64,000 nucleotides of DNA from a virus. Below, one piece after another: positions 62,390-64,000 of this stretch (position 1 is the first letter of the stretch; the number at the start of each line of letters is the position of its first letter). The notes beneath the pieces were generated by a model. That model worked only from the letters and a program-made list of their open reading frames with translations. It was not told the origin of the DNA and searched no databases. Both the position numbers and the translations under genes were made by a program. The stretch covers positions 4,159 through 68,158 of IMG/VR virus record IMGVR_UViG_3300044591_000410. One strand, 5' to 3'.

Positions 62390-62548
62390 CATTGTTTAGC
62401 TTGTGTAATAAAGTTCCCCCTTTGGCTGAATATAATTACACATTTTAAACACCAACTAACAGACTCCTTGTGAAAAATCTATAGGTTGGTTAGTCACTAT
62501 TGTAACTTTTAATTTTTAAATTAACACTAACTCTAAGGAGTATATAAA

Positions 62549-63772
62549 ATGGCTTTAGACCCAGCAGGAAATAATAATCTAGGCCCATCTGATATGGCTT
62601 ATCGTACTTCCGTTTCAGCCGGAACAACAGGCGGTGCGGCTGGTACTAACAAACTCTGGCTTCCAATTTGGAGCGGAGAAGTTATTCACGCATACGATCA
62701 CTACAACATGTTTGAAGGCTTAGTCACTCAGAAGACTATTGCCAGCGGCACTACTGCCGAATTCCCAGTCACTGGTACAATTAACCTTAAGGCTGCTTGG
62801 AACGCTGGTGAAGAACTTTCTGGTGGCACAGCTACTTCAAAGACATTCGCCATTAAGCTCGACAAGCGCCCAATGGCCGCTCACTTTGAAATTGACAATG
62901 TTGACCAACTTCTAACTCAGTGGGAATTCCGTGCTGAGCTAGCTCGTCAGGCTGGTCTAACTCTAGCCAACACCCGTGATAAGCAGATTGCTGCCTATAT
63001 CGCCCGTGCTGGTATGGAAGATTTGCTAGCAAACGATCCAAGAACTGGCCTTACTGTTCCAAATCAGGATCTATTCACTGATGCAGCATTTGATAACTTT
63101 GGTCTTTCTACCGCTACCGCTACTGATAGAACTACAGCTGCTCTTAAGGTTCTTGAAGCAATTGAAAACTTCATGGTTCACCTACAGGAAATCAACGCAC
63201 CAACCGAAGGTGTTTACTGCGTTGTAACTCCACGCGCATTCCAAGACATTCGTGCTCTTGGCGTAGCTCGTTCATACAATGAACTCTACGGCGTAATGGC
63301 TAACGGTACTGGTAACGGTCCTGCTCGTCCAATGTTCGGTGGCGTTGCTGAGGCTGGTGGCCTTGGTGCTCCTCTTGCTATGGGCATGCACAATGTCTCT
63401 GATGCTCTAGAGTATCAGGGCTGCATGATTATCAAGAGCAACCACCTACCAGTTGTTGATTATGATGTGTCTTCATCTGCTAATATTGGTGAAGCTCGCT
63501 ACAACATTGACGGTGTTGCTACAAAGATTAAAGCTCTTATCTTCCAGAAGGATTGCGTTGCTTCGCTCAGCCTACAGGGTCTAAAGGTAGACACTGTTGA
63601 TGATGTTCGTCGTAACACCACCTTCACCGTTGCTAGCATGTTCAAGGGTACTGGCGTACTCCGTCCAGAGCTTGCAGTGGTAATCAGCGGTCTTGCAAAC
63701 GCTTCAGGCGATGAGCGTTCTGAACTCCGCACCCTAGCTGGTATGACCGCAGAGTATGTTGTTACTGCCTAA
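62549..63772 (+). CDS. Major capsid protein (T7 gp10-like)
   Basis: 'LWL.IWSGEV..AY', 'KTIASG.TAEFP.TG', 'G..LA...D', 'G.GVLRPE'. Confidence 0.97.
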   Translation: MALDPAGNNNLGPSDMAYRTSVSAGTTGGAAGTNKLWLPIWSGEVIHAYDHYNMFEGLVTQKTIASGTTAEFPVTGTINLKAAWNAGEELSGGTATSKTFAIKLDKRPMAAHFEIDNVDQLLTQWEFRAELARQAGLTLANTRDKQIAAYIARAGMEDLLANDPRTGLTVPNQDLFTDAAFDNFGLSTATATDRTTAALKVLEAIENFMVHLQEINAPTEGVYCVVTPRAFQDIRALGVARSYNELYGVMANGTGNGPARPMFGGVAEAGGLGAPLAMGMHNVSDALEYQGCMIIKSNHLPVVDYDVSSSANIGEARYNIDGVATKIKALIFQKDCVASLSLQGLKVDTVDDVRRNTTFTVASMFKGTGVLRPELAVVISGLANASGDERSELRTLAGMTAEYVVTA

Positions 63773-63862
63773 TTGAATTAATATCCCAACCCATCAAGAA
63801 AGGAGGTAAACAAGTTGTCTTTGTTTGTTTTACAATCTTGAGGGGAGGTGATCTAACTATCT

Positions 63863-63905
63863 ACGCGGTAGCTCCTTAACTGGGGCTATCGTGTTTTCTT
63901 TTTTT
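63863..63905 (+). terminator. T-phi-like terminator after the capsid gene
   Basis: ACGCGGTAGCTCC-TTAACT-GGGGCTATCGTGT followed by a long T run. Confidence 0.85.
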
Positions 63906-63921
63906 CCAAAGGAGGCTATTA

Positions 63922-64000
63922 ATGGGAATGATTACTAAATTACAAGCTGTTAATAACATGCTTTTGGCTGCTGGTGAATCCCTAGTAGCCGACCTAGATA
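63922..64000 (+). CDS. Tail tubular protein A (T7 gp11-like), 3'-truncated
   Basis: AAGGAGG SD; 'TKLQAVNNMLLAAGE'. Confidence 0.9.
   Translation, partial: MGMITKLQAVNNMLLAAGESLVADLD

Noticed and set aside
2407-63732. All minus-strand ORFs in the track (e.g. 4198-4764, 24276-25118, 34638-35507)
   Set aside because: Antisense shadows of + strand genes with biased codons; no recognisable motifs; the genome is unidirectional
63730-63775. gp10A/10B-type programmed frameshift at the capsid end
   Set aside because: No slippery heptamer and no extended downstream frame before the terminator
1-64000. Prophage, integrase, introns/inteins, alternative genetic code
   Set aside because: No integrase, repressor or host genes; core enzymes are uninterrupted and of normal length; standard code gives dense coding

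Overview
Nearly complete, circularly permuted genome of a lytic T7-like podophage (Autographiviridae-type gene set), with all credible genes on the + strand. The window starts inside tail tubular protein B and ends at the start of tail tubular protein A, so the genome is probably only a few kb longer than 64 kb, which is large for this group. The natural left end probably lies in the non-coding gap at about 32.7-33.15 kb. Reading from there: (1) a GC-rich early region with small basic proteins, a Csx16-like putative ring nuclease and a divergent single-subunit RNA polymerase; (2) a middle region with a kinase, tRNAs, a DUF932 protein and a second, canonical T7-type RNA polymerase; (3) replication and nucleotide genes (SSB, RusA, ThyX, primase-helicase, PolA, exonuclease, dUTPase, class II RNR); (4) portal, scaffold and capsid; (5) wrapping to the window start, tail, fibres, membrane/lysis genes, terminase and internal virion proteins, including a 4267-aa giant. 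Most notable: two RNA polymerases with different specificity loops and two candidate promoter motifs; a duplicated unit of a basic protein followed by a covarying cUACGg hairpin; the Csx16-like early gene; an early-to-late codon shift matched by the phage tRNAs; and strong CCWGG avoidance. All calls were made by eye from motifs and synteny; no searches were run.
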